DNA of 64,000 nucleotides from Auanema rhodensis (Eukaryota; Animalia; Nematoda), in contig OZ059900.1 in NCBI GenBank assembly GCA_964057225.1, positions 17,670,001 to 17,734,000 on the forward strand, given 5' to 3'. A program made the translations under genes and the position numbers. Each line of letters opens with the position of its first letter. The stretch's first letter is position 1. This document shows, piece by piece, positions 1 to 13,200 of the stretch. A model generated the notes under the pieces. That model was not told where the DNA came from, ran no database searches, and saw only the letters and a list, made by a program, of their open reading frames with translations.

Positions 1-342
1 AAAAATACAAAAACACAGTATTTCCCATGAGAAATATTTTATTATGCTGGAAAACCAGTTTTTGGAAATTTCGCTGTAAACAAGGTTTTGACTTACGATT
101 TCATGTGTTCAAACTCATGCAATGTCAATGAAACCTAGCTCAAAATTGTTCGTACAACGTCTAGTTCCACTTTCACGACAAAAAAACAGGGGTTAGAAAA
201 TTGAGGAAATTAGCATATTCTGAGGGCACGCCCCTTATGGCTAATATTGATTAAATCGATTTTTGTTCATATGAGTCGTCAAATGCAATTAATTTCAGCG
301 TGTCACATACTAAAATGAAGCATTTTACATGCTGAACACTAA
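1..342 (+). repeat. Reference monomer of the 342-bp satellite
   Basis: 115/342 G+C by hand count. It has many A/T tracts and short dyads (gaaatttc, aaatcgattt, ctgg-aaaa-ccag, gggc-ac-gccc, taaaatg-aag-catttta). Common polymorphic positions: 25/26, 56, 130, 134, 142, 152, 182, 203, 216, 218, 233/234, 243, 286, 289-290, 304, 320, 326, 342. Confidence 0.97.
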
Positions 343-3300
343 AAAAATACAAAAACACAGTATTTCCCATGAGAAATATTTTATTATGCTGGAAAACGAG
401 TTTTTGGAAATTTCGCTGTAAACAAGGTTTTGACTTACGATTTCATGTGTTCAAACTCATGCAATGTCAATGAAATCTAGCTCAAAATTGTTCCTACAAC
501 GTCTAGTTCCACTTTCACGACAAAAAAACAGGGGTTAGAAAATTAAGGAAATTAGCAGATTCTGAGGGCACGCCCTTTATGGCTTATATTGATTAAATCG
601 ATTTTTGTTCATATGAGTCGTCAAATGCAACGAATTTCAGCGTGTTACATACTAAAATGAAACATTTTACATGCTGAACACTATAAAAATACAAAAACAC
701 AGTATTTCCCATGAGAAATATTTTATTATGCTGGAAAACCAGTTTTTGGAAATTTCGCTGTAAACAAGGTTTTGACTTACGATTTCATGTGTTCAAACTC
801 ATGCAATGTCAATGAAACCTAGCTCAAAATTGTTCCTACAACGTCTAGTTCCACTTTCACGACAACAAAACAGGGGTTAGAAAATTAAGGAAATTAGCAT
901 AATCTGAGGGCACGCCCTTTATGGCTAATATTGATTAAATCGATTTTTGTTCATATGAGTCGTCAAATGCAACGAATTTCAGCGTGTTACATACTAAAAT
1001 GAAACATTTTACATGCTGAACACTATAAAAATACAAAAACACAGTATTTCCCATGAGAAATATTTTATTATGCTGGAAAACCAGTTTTTGGAAATTTCGC
1101 TGTAAACAAGGTTTTGACTTACGATTTCATGTGTTCAAACTCATGCAATGTCAATGAAATCTAGCTCGAAATTGTTCCTACAACGTCTAGTTCCACTTTC
1201 ACGACAAAAAAACAGGGGTTAGAAAATTAAGGAAATTAGCATATTCTGAGGGCACGCCCTTTATGGCTAATATTGATTAAATCGATTTTTGTTCATATGA
1301 GTCGTCAAATGAAACGAATTTCAGCGTGTTACATACTAAAATGAAGCATTTTACATGCTGAACACTAGAAAAATACAAAAACACAGTATTTCCCATGAGA
1401 AATATTTTATTATGCTGGAAAACCAGTTTTTGGAAATTTCGCTGTAAACAAGGTTTTGACTTACGATTTCATGTGTTCAAACTCATGCAATGTCAATGAA
1501 ACCTAGCTCAAAATTGTTCCTACAACGTCTAGTTCCACTTTCACGACAAAAAAACAGGGGTTAGAAAATTAAGGAAATTAGCATATTCTGAGGGCACGCC
1601 TCTTATGGCTAATATTGATTAAATGGATTTTTGTTCATATGAGTCGTCAAATGCAACGAATTTCAGCGTGTTACATACTAAAATGAAGCATTTTACATGC
1701 TGAACACTATAAAAATACAAAAACACAGTATTTCCCATGAGAAATATTTTATTATGCTGGAAAACCAGTTTTTGGAAATTTCGCTGTAAACAAGGTTTTG
1801 ACTTACGATTTCATGTGTTCAAACTCATGCAATGTCAATGAAACCTAGCTCAAAATTGTTCCTACAACGTCTAGTTCCACTTAAACGACAACAAAACAGG
1901 GGTTAGAAAATTAAGGAAATTAGCATATTCTGAGGGCACGCCCCTTATGGCTAATATTGATTAAATCGATTTTTGTTCATATGAGTCGTCAAATGCAACG
2001 AATTTCAGCGTGTTACATACTAAAATGAAGCATTTCACATGCTGAACACTAGAAAAATACAAAAACACAGTATTTCCCATGAGAAATATTTTATTATGCT
2101 GGAAAACCAGTTTTTGGAAATTTCGCTGTAAACAAGGTTTTGACTTACGATTTCATGTGTTCAAACTCATGCAATGTCAATGAAACCTAGCTCAAAATTG
2201 TTGGTACAACGTCTAGTTCCACTTTCACGACAAAAAAACAGGGGTTAGAAAATTGAGGAAATTAGCATAATCTGAGGGCACGCCCCTTATGGCTAATATT
2301 GATTAAATCGATTTTTGTTCATATGAGTCGTCAAATGCAATTAATTTCAGCGTGTCACATACTAAAATGAAGCATTTTACATGCTGAACACTAAAAAAAT
2401 ACAAAAACACAGTATTTCCCATGAGAAATATTTTATTATGCTGGAAAACGAGTTTTTGGAAATTTCGCTGTAAACAAGGTTTTGACTTACGATTTCATGT
2501 GTTCAAACTCATGCAATGTCAATGAAATCTAGCTCAAAATTGTTCCTACAACGTCTAGTTCCACTTTCACGACAAAAAAACAGGGGTTAGAAAATTAAGG
2601 AAATTAGCAGATTCTGAGGGCACGCCCTTTATGGCTTATATTGATTAAATCGATTTTTGTTCATATGAGTCGTCAAATGCAACGAATTTCAGCGTGTTAC
2701 ATACTAAAATGAAACATTTTACATGCTGAACACTATAAAAATACAAAAACACAGTATTTCCCATGAGAAATATTTTATTATGCTGGAAAACCAGTTTTTG
2801 GAAATTTCGCTGTAAACAAGGTTTTGACTTACGATTTCATGTGTTCAAACTCATGCAATGTCAATGAAACCTAGCTCAAAATTGTTCCTACAACGTCTAG
2901 TTCCACTTTCACGACAACAAAACAGGGGTTAGAAAATTAAGGAAATTAGCATAATCTGAGGGCACGCCCCTTATGGCTAATATTGATTAAATCGATTTTT
3001 GTTCATATGAGTCGTCAAATGCAATTAATTTCAGCGTGTCACATACTAAAATGAAGCATTTTACATGCTGAACACTAAAAAAATACAAAAACACAGTATT
3101 TCCCATGAGAAATATTTTATTATGCTGGAAAACGAGTTTTTGGAAATTTCGCTGTAAACAAGGTTTTGACTTACGATTTCATGTGTTCAAACTCATGCAA
3201 TGTCAATGAAATCTAGCTCGAAATTGTTCCTACAACGTCTAGTTCCACTTTCACGACAAAAAAACAGGGGTTAGAAAATTAAGGAAATTAGCAGATTCTG

Positions 3301-6300
3301 AGGGCACGCCCTTTATGGCTTATATTGATTAAATCGATTTTTGTTCATATGAGTCGTCAAATGCAACGAATTTCAGCGTGTTACATACTAAAATGAAGCA
3401 TTTTACATGCTGAACACTAGAAAAATACAAAAACACAGTATTTCCCATGAGAAATATTTTATTATGCTGGAAAACCAGTTTTTGGAAATTTCGCTGTAAA
3501 CAAGGTTTTGACTTACGATTTCATGTGTTCAAACTCATGCAATGTCAATGAAACCTAGCTCAAAATTGTTCGTACAACGTCTAGTTCCACTTTCACGACA
3601 AAAAAACAGGGGTTAGAAAATTAAGGAAATTAGCATATTCTGAGGGCACGCCCCTTATGGCTAATATTGATTAAATCGATTTTTGTTCATATGAGTCGTC
3701 AAATGCAACGAATTTCAGCGTGTTACATACTAAAATGAAGCATTTTACATGCTGAACACTAAAAAAATACAAAAACACAGTATTTCCCATGAGAAATATT
3801 TTATTATGCTGGAAAACGAGTTTTTGGAAATTTCGCTGTAAACAAGGTTTTGACTTACGATTTCATGTGTTCAAACTCATGCAATGTCAATGAAACCTAG
3901 CTCAAAATTGTTCCTACAACGTCTAGTTCCACTTTCACGACAAAAAAACAGGGGTTAGAAAATTAAGGAAATTAGCATATTCTGAGGGCACGCCCTTTAT
4001 GGCTAATATTGATTAAATCGATTTTTGTTCATATGAGTCGTCAAATGCAACGAATTTCAGCGTGTTACATACTAAAATGAAACATTTTACATGCTGAACA
4101 CTATAAAAATACAAAAACACAGTATTTCCCATGAGAAATATTTTATTATGCTGGAAAACGAGTTTTTGGAAATTTCGCTGTAAACAAGGTTTTGACTTAC
4201 GATTTCATGTGTTCAAACTCATGCAATGTCAATGAAACCTAGCTCAAAATTGTTCCTACAACGTCTAGTTCCACTTTCACGACAAAAAAACAGGGGTTAG
4301 AAAATTAAGGAAATTAGCATATTCTGAGGGCACGCCCCTTATGGCTAATATTGATTAAATCGATTTTTGTTCATATGAGTCGTCAAATGAAACGAATTTC
4401 AGCGTGTTACATACTAAAATGAAGCATTTTACATGCTGAACACTAGAAAAATACAAAAACACAGTATTTCCCATGAGAAATATTTTATTATGCTGGAAAA
4501 CCAGTTTTTGGAAATTTCGCTGTAAACAAGGTTTTGACTTACGATTTCATGTGTTCAAACTCATGCAATGTCAATGAAACCTAGCTCAAAATTGTTCCTA
4601 CAACGTCTAGTTCCACTTTCACGACAACAAAACAGGGGTTAGAAAATTAAGGAAATTAGCATATTCTGAGGGCACGCCCCTTATGGCTAATATTGATTAA
4701 ATCGATTTTTGTTCATATGAGTCGTCAAATGCAACGAATTTCAGCGTGTTACATACTAAAATGAAACATTTTACATGCTGAACACTATAAAAATACAAAA
4801 ACACAGTATTTCCCATGAGAAATATTTTATTATGCTGGAAAACGAGTTTTTGGAAATTTCGCTGTAAACAAGGTTTTGACTTACGATTTCATGTGTTCAA
4901 ACTCATGCAATGTCAATGAAACCTAGCTCAAAATTGTTCCTACAACGTCTAGTTCCACTTTCACGACAAAAAAACAGGGGTTAGAAAATTAAGGAAATTA
5001 GCATATTCTGAGGGCACGCCCCTTATGGCTAATATTGATTAAATCGATTTTTGTTCATATGAGTCGTCAAATGAAACGAATTTCAGCGTGTTACATACTA
5101 AAATGAAGCATTTTACATGCTGAACACTAGAAAAATACAAAAACACAGTATTTCCCATGAGAAATATTTTATTATGCTGGAAAACCAGTTTTTGGAAATT
5201 TCGCTGTAAACAAGGTTTTGACTTACGATTTCATGTGTTCAAACTCATGCAATGTCAATGAAACCTAGCTCAAAATTGTTCCTACAACGTCTAGTTCCAC
5301 TTTCACGACAACAAAACAGGGGTTAGAAAATTAAGGAAATTAGCATATTCTGAGGGCACGCCCCTTATGGCTAATATTGATTAAATCGATTTTTGTTCAT
5401 ATGAGTCGTCAAATGCAACGAATTTCAGCGTGTTACATACTAAAATGAAGCATTTCACATGCTGAACACTAGAAAAATACAAAAACACAGTATTTCCTAT
5501 GAGAAATATTTTATTATGCTGGAAAACCAGTTTTTGGAAATTTCGCTGTAAACAAGGTTTTGACTTACGATTTCATGTGTTCAAACTCATGCAATGTCAA
5601 TGAAACCTAGCTCAAAATTGTTCCTACAACGTCTAGTTCCACTTTCACGACAAAAAAACAGGGGTTAGAAAATTAAGGAAATTAGCATATTCTGAGGGCA
5701 CGCCTCTTATGGCTAATATTGATTAAATCGATTTTTGTTCATATGAGTCGTCAAATGCAACGAATTTCAGCGTGTTACATACTAAAATGAAGCATTTTAC
5801 ATGCTGAACACTATAAAAATACAAAAACACAGTATTTCCCATGAGAAATATTTTATTATGCTGGAAAACCAGTTTTTGGAAATTTCGCTGTAAACAAGGT
5901 TTTGACTTACGATTTCATGTGTTCAAACTCATGCAATGTCAATGAAACCTAGCTCAAAATTGTTCCTACAACGTCTAGTTCCACTTTCACGACAACAAAA
6001 CAGGGGTTAGAAAATTAAGGAAATTAGCATATTCTGAGGGCACGCCCCTTATGGCTAATATTGATTAAATCGATTTTTGTTCATATGAGTCGTCAAATGC
6101 AACGAATTTCAGCGTGTTACATACTAAAATGAAGCATTTCACATGCTGAACACTAGAAAAATACAAAAACACAGTATTTCCCATGAGAAATATTTTATTA
6201 TGCTGGAAAACCAGTTTTTGGAAATTTCGCTGTAAACAAGGTTTTGACTTACGATTTCATGTGTTCAAACTCATGCAATGTCAATGAAACCTAGCTCAAA

Positions 6301-9300
6301 ATTGTTGGTACAACGTCTAGTTCCACTTTCACGACAAAAAAACAGGGGTTAGAAAATTGAGGAAATTAGCATAATCTGAGGGCACGCCCCTTATGGCTAA
6401 TATTGATTAAATCGATTTTTGTTCATATGAGTCGTCAAATGCAATTAATTTCAGCGTGTCACATACTAAAATGAAGCATTTTACATGCTGAACACTAAAA
6501 AAATACAAAAACACAGTATTTCCCATGAGAAATATTTTATTATGCTGGAAAACGAGTTTTTGGAAATTTCGCTGTAAACAAGGTTTTGACTTACGATTTC
6601 ATGTGTTCAAACTCATGCAATGTCAATGAAATCTAGCTCGAAATTGTTCCTACAACGTCTAGTTCCACTTTCACGACAAAAAAACAGGGGTTAGAAAATT
6701 AAGGAAATTAGCAGATTCTGAGGGCACGCCCTTTATGGCTTATATTGATTAAATCGATTTTTGTTCATATGAGTCGTCAAATGCAACGAATTTCAGCGTG
6801 TTACATACTAAAATGAAACATTTTACATGCTGAACACTATAAAAATACAAAAACACAGTATTTCCCATGAGAAATATTTTATTATGCTGGAAAACCAGTT
6901 TTTGGAAATTTCGCTGTAAACAAGGTTTTGACTTACGATTTCATGTGTTCAAACTCATGCAATGTCAATGAAACCTAGCTCAAAATTGTTCGTACAACGT
7001 CTAGTTCCACTTTCACGACAAAAAAACAGGGGTTAGAAAATTAAGGAAATTAGCATATTCTGAGGGCACGCCCCTTATGGCTAATATTGATTAAATCGAT
7101 TTTTGTTCATATGAGTCGTCAAATGCAACGAATTTCAGCGTGTTACATACTAAAATGAAGCATTTTACATGCTGAACACTAAAAAAATACAAAAACACAG
7201 TATTTCCCATGAGAAATATTTTATTATGCTGGAAAACGAGTTTTTGGAAATTTCGCTGTAAACAAGGTTTTGACTTACGATTTCATGTGTTCAAACTCAT
7301 GCAATGTCAATGAAACCTAGCTCAAAATTGTTCCTACAACGTCTAGTTCCACTTTCACGACAAAAAAACAGGGGTTAGAAAATTAAGGAAATTAGCATAT
7401 TCTGAGGGCACGCCCCTTATGGCTAATATTGATTAAATCGATTTTTGTTCATATGAGTCGTCAAATGAAACGAATTTCAGCGTGTTACATACTAAAATGA
7501 AGCATTTTACATGCTGAACACTAGAAAAATACAAAAACACAGTATTTCCCATGAGAAATATTTTATTATGCTGGAAAACCAGTTTTTGGAAATTTCGCTG
7601 TAAACAAGGTTTTGACTTACGATTTCATGTGTTCAAACTCATGCAATGTCAATGAAACCTAGCTCAAAATTGTTCCTACAACGTCTAGTTCCACTTTCAC
7701 GACAACAAAACAGGGGTTAGAAAATTAAGGAAATTAGCATATTCTGAGGGCACGCCCCTTATGGCTAATATTGATTAAATCGATTTTTGTTCATATGAGT
7801 CGTCAAATGCAACGAATTTCAGCGTGTTACATACTAAAATGAAGCATTTCACATGCTGAACACTAGAAAAATACAAAAACACAGTATTTCCTATGAGAAA
7901 TATTTTATTATGCTGGAAAACCAGTTTTTGGAAATTTCGCTGTAAACAAGGTTTTGACTTACGATTTCATGTGTTCAAACTCATGCAATGTCAATGAAAC
8001 CTAGCTCAAAATTGTTCCTACAACGTCTAGTTCCACTTTCACGACAAAAAAACAGGGGTTAGAAAATTAAGGAAATTAGCATATTCTGAGGGCACGCCTC
8101 TTATGGCTAATATTGATTAAATCGATTTTTGTTCATATGAGTCGTCAAATGCAACGAATTTCAGCGTGTTACATACTAAAATGAAGCATTTTACATGCTG
8201 AACACTATAAAAATACAAAAACACAGTATTTCCCATGAGAAATATTTTATTATGCTGGAAAACCAGTTTTTGGAAATTTCGCTGTAAACAAGGTTTTGAC
8301 TTACGATTTCATGTGTTCAAACTCATGCAATGTCAATGAAACCTAGCTCAAAATTGTTCGTACAACGTCTAGTTCCACTTTCACGACAAAAAAACAGGGG
8401 TTAGAAAATTGAGGAAATTAGCATATTCTGAGGGCACGCCCCTTATGGCTAATATTGATTAAATCGATTTTTGTTCATATGAGTCGTCAAATGCAATTAA
8501 TTTCAGCGTGTCACATACTAAAATGAAGCATTTTACATGCTGAACACTAAAAAAATACAAAAACACAGTATTTCCCATGAGAAATATTTTATTATGCTGG
8601 AAAACGAGTTTTTGGAAATTTCGCTGTAAACAAGGTTTTGACTTACGATTTCATGTGTTCAAACTCATGCAATGTCAATGAAATCTAGCTCAAAATTGTT
8701 CCTACAACGTCTAGTTCCACTTTCACGACAAAAAAACAGGGGTTAGAAAATTAAGGAAATTAGCAGATTCTGAGGGCACGCCCTTTATGGCTTATATTGA
8801 TTAAATCGATTTTTGTTCATATGAGTCGTCAAATGCAACGAATTTCAGCGTGTTACATACTAAAATGAAACATTTTACATGCTGAACACTATAAAAATAC
8901 AAAAACACAGTATTTCCCATGAGAAATATTTTATTATGCTGGAAAACCAGTTTTTGGAAATTTCGCTGTAAACAAGGTTTTGACTTACGATTTCATGTGT
9001 TCAAACTCATGCAATGTCAATGAAACCTAGCTCAAAATTGTTCCTACAACGTCTAGTTCCACTTTCACGACAACAAAACAGGGGTTAGAAAATTAAGGAA
9101 ATTAGCATAATCTGAGGGCACGCCCTTTATGGCTAATATTGATTAAATCGATTTTTGTTCATATGAGTCGTCAAATGCAACGAATTTCAGCGTGTTACAT
9201 ACTAAAATGAAACATTTTACATGCTGAACACTATAAAAATACAAAAACACAGTATTTCCCATGAGAAATATTTTATTATGCTGGAAAACCAGTTTTTGGA

Positions 9301-10239
9301 AATTTCGCTGTAAACAAGGTTTTGACTTACGATTTCATGTGTTCAAACTCATGCAATGTCAATGAAATCTAGCTCGAAATTGTTCCTACAACGTCTAGTT
9401 CCACTTTCACGACAAAAAAACAGGGGTTAGAAAATTAAGGAAATTAGCATATTCTGAGGGCACGCCCTTTATGGCTAATATTGATTAAATCGATTTTTGT
9501 TCATATGAGTCGTCAAATGAAACGAATTTCAGCGTGTTACATACTAAAATGAAGCATTTTACATGCTGAACACTAGAAAAATACAAAAACACAGTATTTC
9601 CCATGAGAAATATTTTATTATGCTGGAAAACCAGTTTTTGGAAATTTCGCTGTAAACAAGGTTTTGACTTACGATTTCATGTGTTCAAACTCATGCAATG
9701 TCAATGAAACCTAGCTCAAAATTGTTCCTACAACGTCTAGTTCCACTTTCACGACAACAAAACAGGGGTTAGAAAATTAAGGAAATTAGCATATTCTGAG
9801 GGCACGCCCCTTATGGCTAATATTGATTAAATCGATTTTTGTTCATATGAGTCGTCAAATGCAACGAATTTCAGCGTGTTACATACTAAAATGAAGCATT
9901 TCACATGCTGAACACTAGAAAAATACAAAAACACAGTATTTCCTATGAGAAATATTTTATTATGCTGGAAAACCAGTTTTTGGAAATTTCGCTGTAAACA
10001 AGGTTTTGACTTACGATTTCATGTGTTCAAACTCATGCAATGTCAATGAAACCTAGCTCAAAATTGTTCCTACAACGTCTAGTTCCACTTTCACGACAAA
10101 AAAACAGGGGTTAGAAAATTAAGGAAATTAGCATATTCTGAGGGCACGCCTCTTATGGCTAATATTGATTAAATCGATTTTTGTTCATATGAGTCGTCAA
10201 ATGCAACGAATTTCAGCGTGTTACATACTAAAATGAAGC

Positions 10240-13200
10240 ATTTTACATGCTGAACACTATAAAAATACAAAAACACAGTATTTCCCATGAGAAATATTTT
10301 ATTATGCTGGAAAACCAGTTTTTGGAAATTTCGCTGTAAACAAGGTTTTGACTTACGATTTCATGTGTTCAAACTCATGCAATGTCAATGAAACCTAGCT
10401 CAAAATTGTTCCTACAACGTCTAGTTCCACTTTCACGACAACAAAACAGGGGTTAGAAAATTAAGGAAATTAGCATATTCTGAGGGCACGCCCCTTATGG
10501 CTAATATTGATTAAATCGATTTTTGTTCATATGAGTCGTCAAATGCAACGAATTTCAGCGTGTTACATACTAAAATGAAGCATTTCACATGCTGAACACT
10601 AGAAAAATACAAAAACACAGTATTTCCCATGAGAAATATTTTATTATGCTGGAAAACCAGTTTTTGGAAATTTCGCTGTAAACAAGGTTTTGACTTACGA
10701 TTTCATGTGTTCAAACTCATGCAATGTCAATGAAACCTAGCTCAAAATTGTTCGTACAACGTCTAGTTCCACTTTCACGACAAAAAAACAGGGGTTAGAA
10801 AATTGAGGAAATTAGCATAATCTGAGGGCACGCCCCTTATGGCTAATATTGATTAAATCGATTTTTGTTCATATGAGTCGTCAAATGCAATTAATTTCAG
10901 CGTGTCACATACTAAAATGAAGCATTTTACATGCTGAACACTAAAAAAATACAAAAACACAGTATTTCCCATGAGAAATATTTTATTATGCTGGAAAACG
11001 AGTTTTTGGAAATTTCGCTGTAAACAAGGTTTTGACTTACGATTTCATGTGTTCAAACTCATGCAATGTCAATGAAATCTAGCTCAAAATTGTTCCTACA
11101 ACGTCTAGTTCCACTTTCACGACAAAAAAACAGGGGTTAGAAAATTAAGGAAATTAGCAGATTCTGAGGGCACGCCCTTTATGGCTTATATTGATTAAAT
11201 CGATTTTTGTTCATATGAGTCGTCAAATGCAACGAATTTCAGCGTGTTACATACTAAAATGAAACATTTTACATGCTGAACACTATAAAAATACAAAAAC
11301 ACAGTATTTCCCATGAGAAATATTTTATTATGCTGGAAAACCAGTTTTTGGAAATTTCGCTGTAAACAAGGTTTTGACTTACGATTTCATGTGTTCAAAC
11401 TCATGCAATGTCAATGAAACCTAGCTCAAAATTGTTCCTACAACGTCTAGTTCCACTTTCACGACAACAAAACAGGGGTTAGAAAATTAAGGAAATTAGC
11501 ATAATCTGAGGGCACGCCCCTTATGGCTAATATTGATTAAATCGATTTTTGTTCATATGAGTCGTCAAATGCAATTAATTTCAGCGTGTCACATACTAAA
11601 ATGAAGCATTTTACATGCTGAACACTAAAAAAATACAAAAACACAGTATTTCCCATGAGAAATATTTTATTATGCTGGAAAACGAGTTTTTGGAAATTTC
11701 GCTGTAAACAAGGTTTTGACTTACGATTTCATGTGTTCAAACTCATGCAATGTCAATGAAATCTAGCTCGAAATTGTTCCTACAACGTCTAGTTCCACTT
11801 TCACGACAAAAAAACAGGGGTTAGAAAATTAAGGAAATTAGCAGATTCTGAGGGCACGCCCTTTATGGCTTATATTGATTAAATCGATTTTTGTTCATAT
11901 GAGTCGTCAAATGCAACGAATTTCAGCGTGTTACATACTAAAATGAAACATTTTACATGCTGAACACTATAAAAATACAAAAACACAGTATTTCCCATGA
12001 GAAATATTTTATTATGCTGGAAAACCAGTTTTTGGAAATTTCGCTGTAAACAAGGTTTTGACTTACGATTTCATGTGTTCAAACTCATGCAATGTCAATG
12101 AAACCTAGCTCAAAATTGTTCGTACAACGTCTAGTTCCACTTTCACGACAAAAAAACAGGGGTTAGAAAATTAAGGAAATTAGCATATTCTGAGGGCACG
12201 CCCCTTATGGCTAATATTGATTAAATCGATTTTTGTTCATATGAGTCGTCAAATGCAACGAATTTCAGCGTGTTACATACTAAAATGAAGCATTTTACAT
12301 GCTGAACACTAAAAAAATACAAAAACACAGTATTTCCCATGAGAAATATTTTATTATGCTGGAAAACGAGTTTTTGGAAATTTCGCTGTAAACAAGGTTT
12401 TGACTTACGATTTCATGTGTTCAAACTCATGCAATGTCAATGAAACCTAGCTCAAAATTGTTCCTACAACGTCTAGTTCCACTTTCACGACAAAAAAACA
12501 GGGGTTAGAAAATTAAGGAAATTAGCATATTCTGAGGGCACGCCCCTTATGGCTAATATTGATTAAATCGATTTTTGTTCATATGAGTCGTCAAATGCAA
12601 CGAATTTCAGCGTGTTACATACTAAAATGAAGCATTTTACATGCTGAACACTAAAAAAATACAAAAACACAGTATTTCCCATGAGAAATATTTTATTATG
12701 CTGGAAAACGAGTTTTTGGAAATTTCGCTGTAAACAAGGTTTTGACTTACGATTTCATGTGTTCAAACTCATGCAATGTCAATGAAATCTAGCTCAAAAT
12801 TGTTCCTACAACGTCTAGTTCCACTTTCACGACAAAAAAACAGGGGTTAGAAAATTAAGGAAATTAGCAGATTCTGAGGGCACGCCCTTTATGGCTTATA
12901 TTGATTAAATCGATTTTTGTTCATATGAGTCGTCAAATGCAACGAATTTCAGCGTGTTACATACTAAAATGAAACATTTTACATGCTGAACACTATAAAA
13001 ATACAAAAACACAGTATTTCCCATGAGAAATATTTTATTATGCTGGAAAACCAGTTTTTGGAAATTTCGCTGTAAACAAGGTTTTGACTTACGATATCAT
13101 GTGTTCAAACTCATGCAATGTCAATGAAACCTAGCTCAAAATTGTTCCTACAACGTCTAGTTCCACTTTCACGACAAAAAAACAGGGGTTAGAAAATTAA

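Noticed and set aside
187-215. Telomere-like ggggttag / ttaagg / ttag motifs
   Set aside because: These are single degenerate occurrences per monomer with no tandem run, so this is not a telomeric tract or credible G-quadruplex.
1-342. Assignment to a named satellite (e.g. primate alpha-satellite dimer or a specific beetle satellite)
   Set aside because: Length similarity alone is insufficient. I see no alphoid sequence identity and cannot run a database search.
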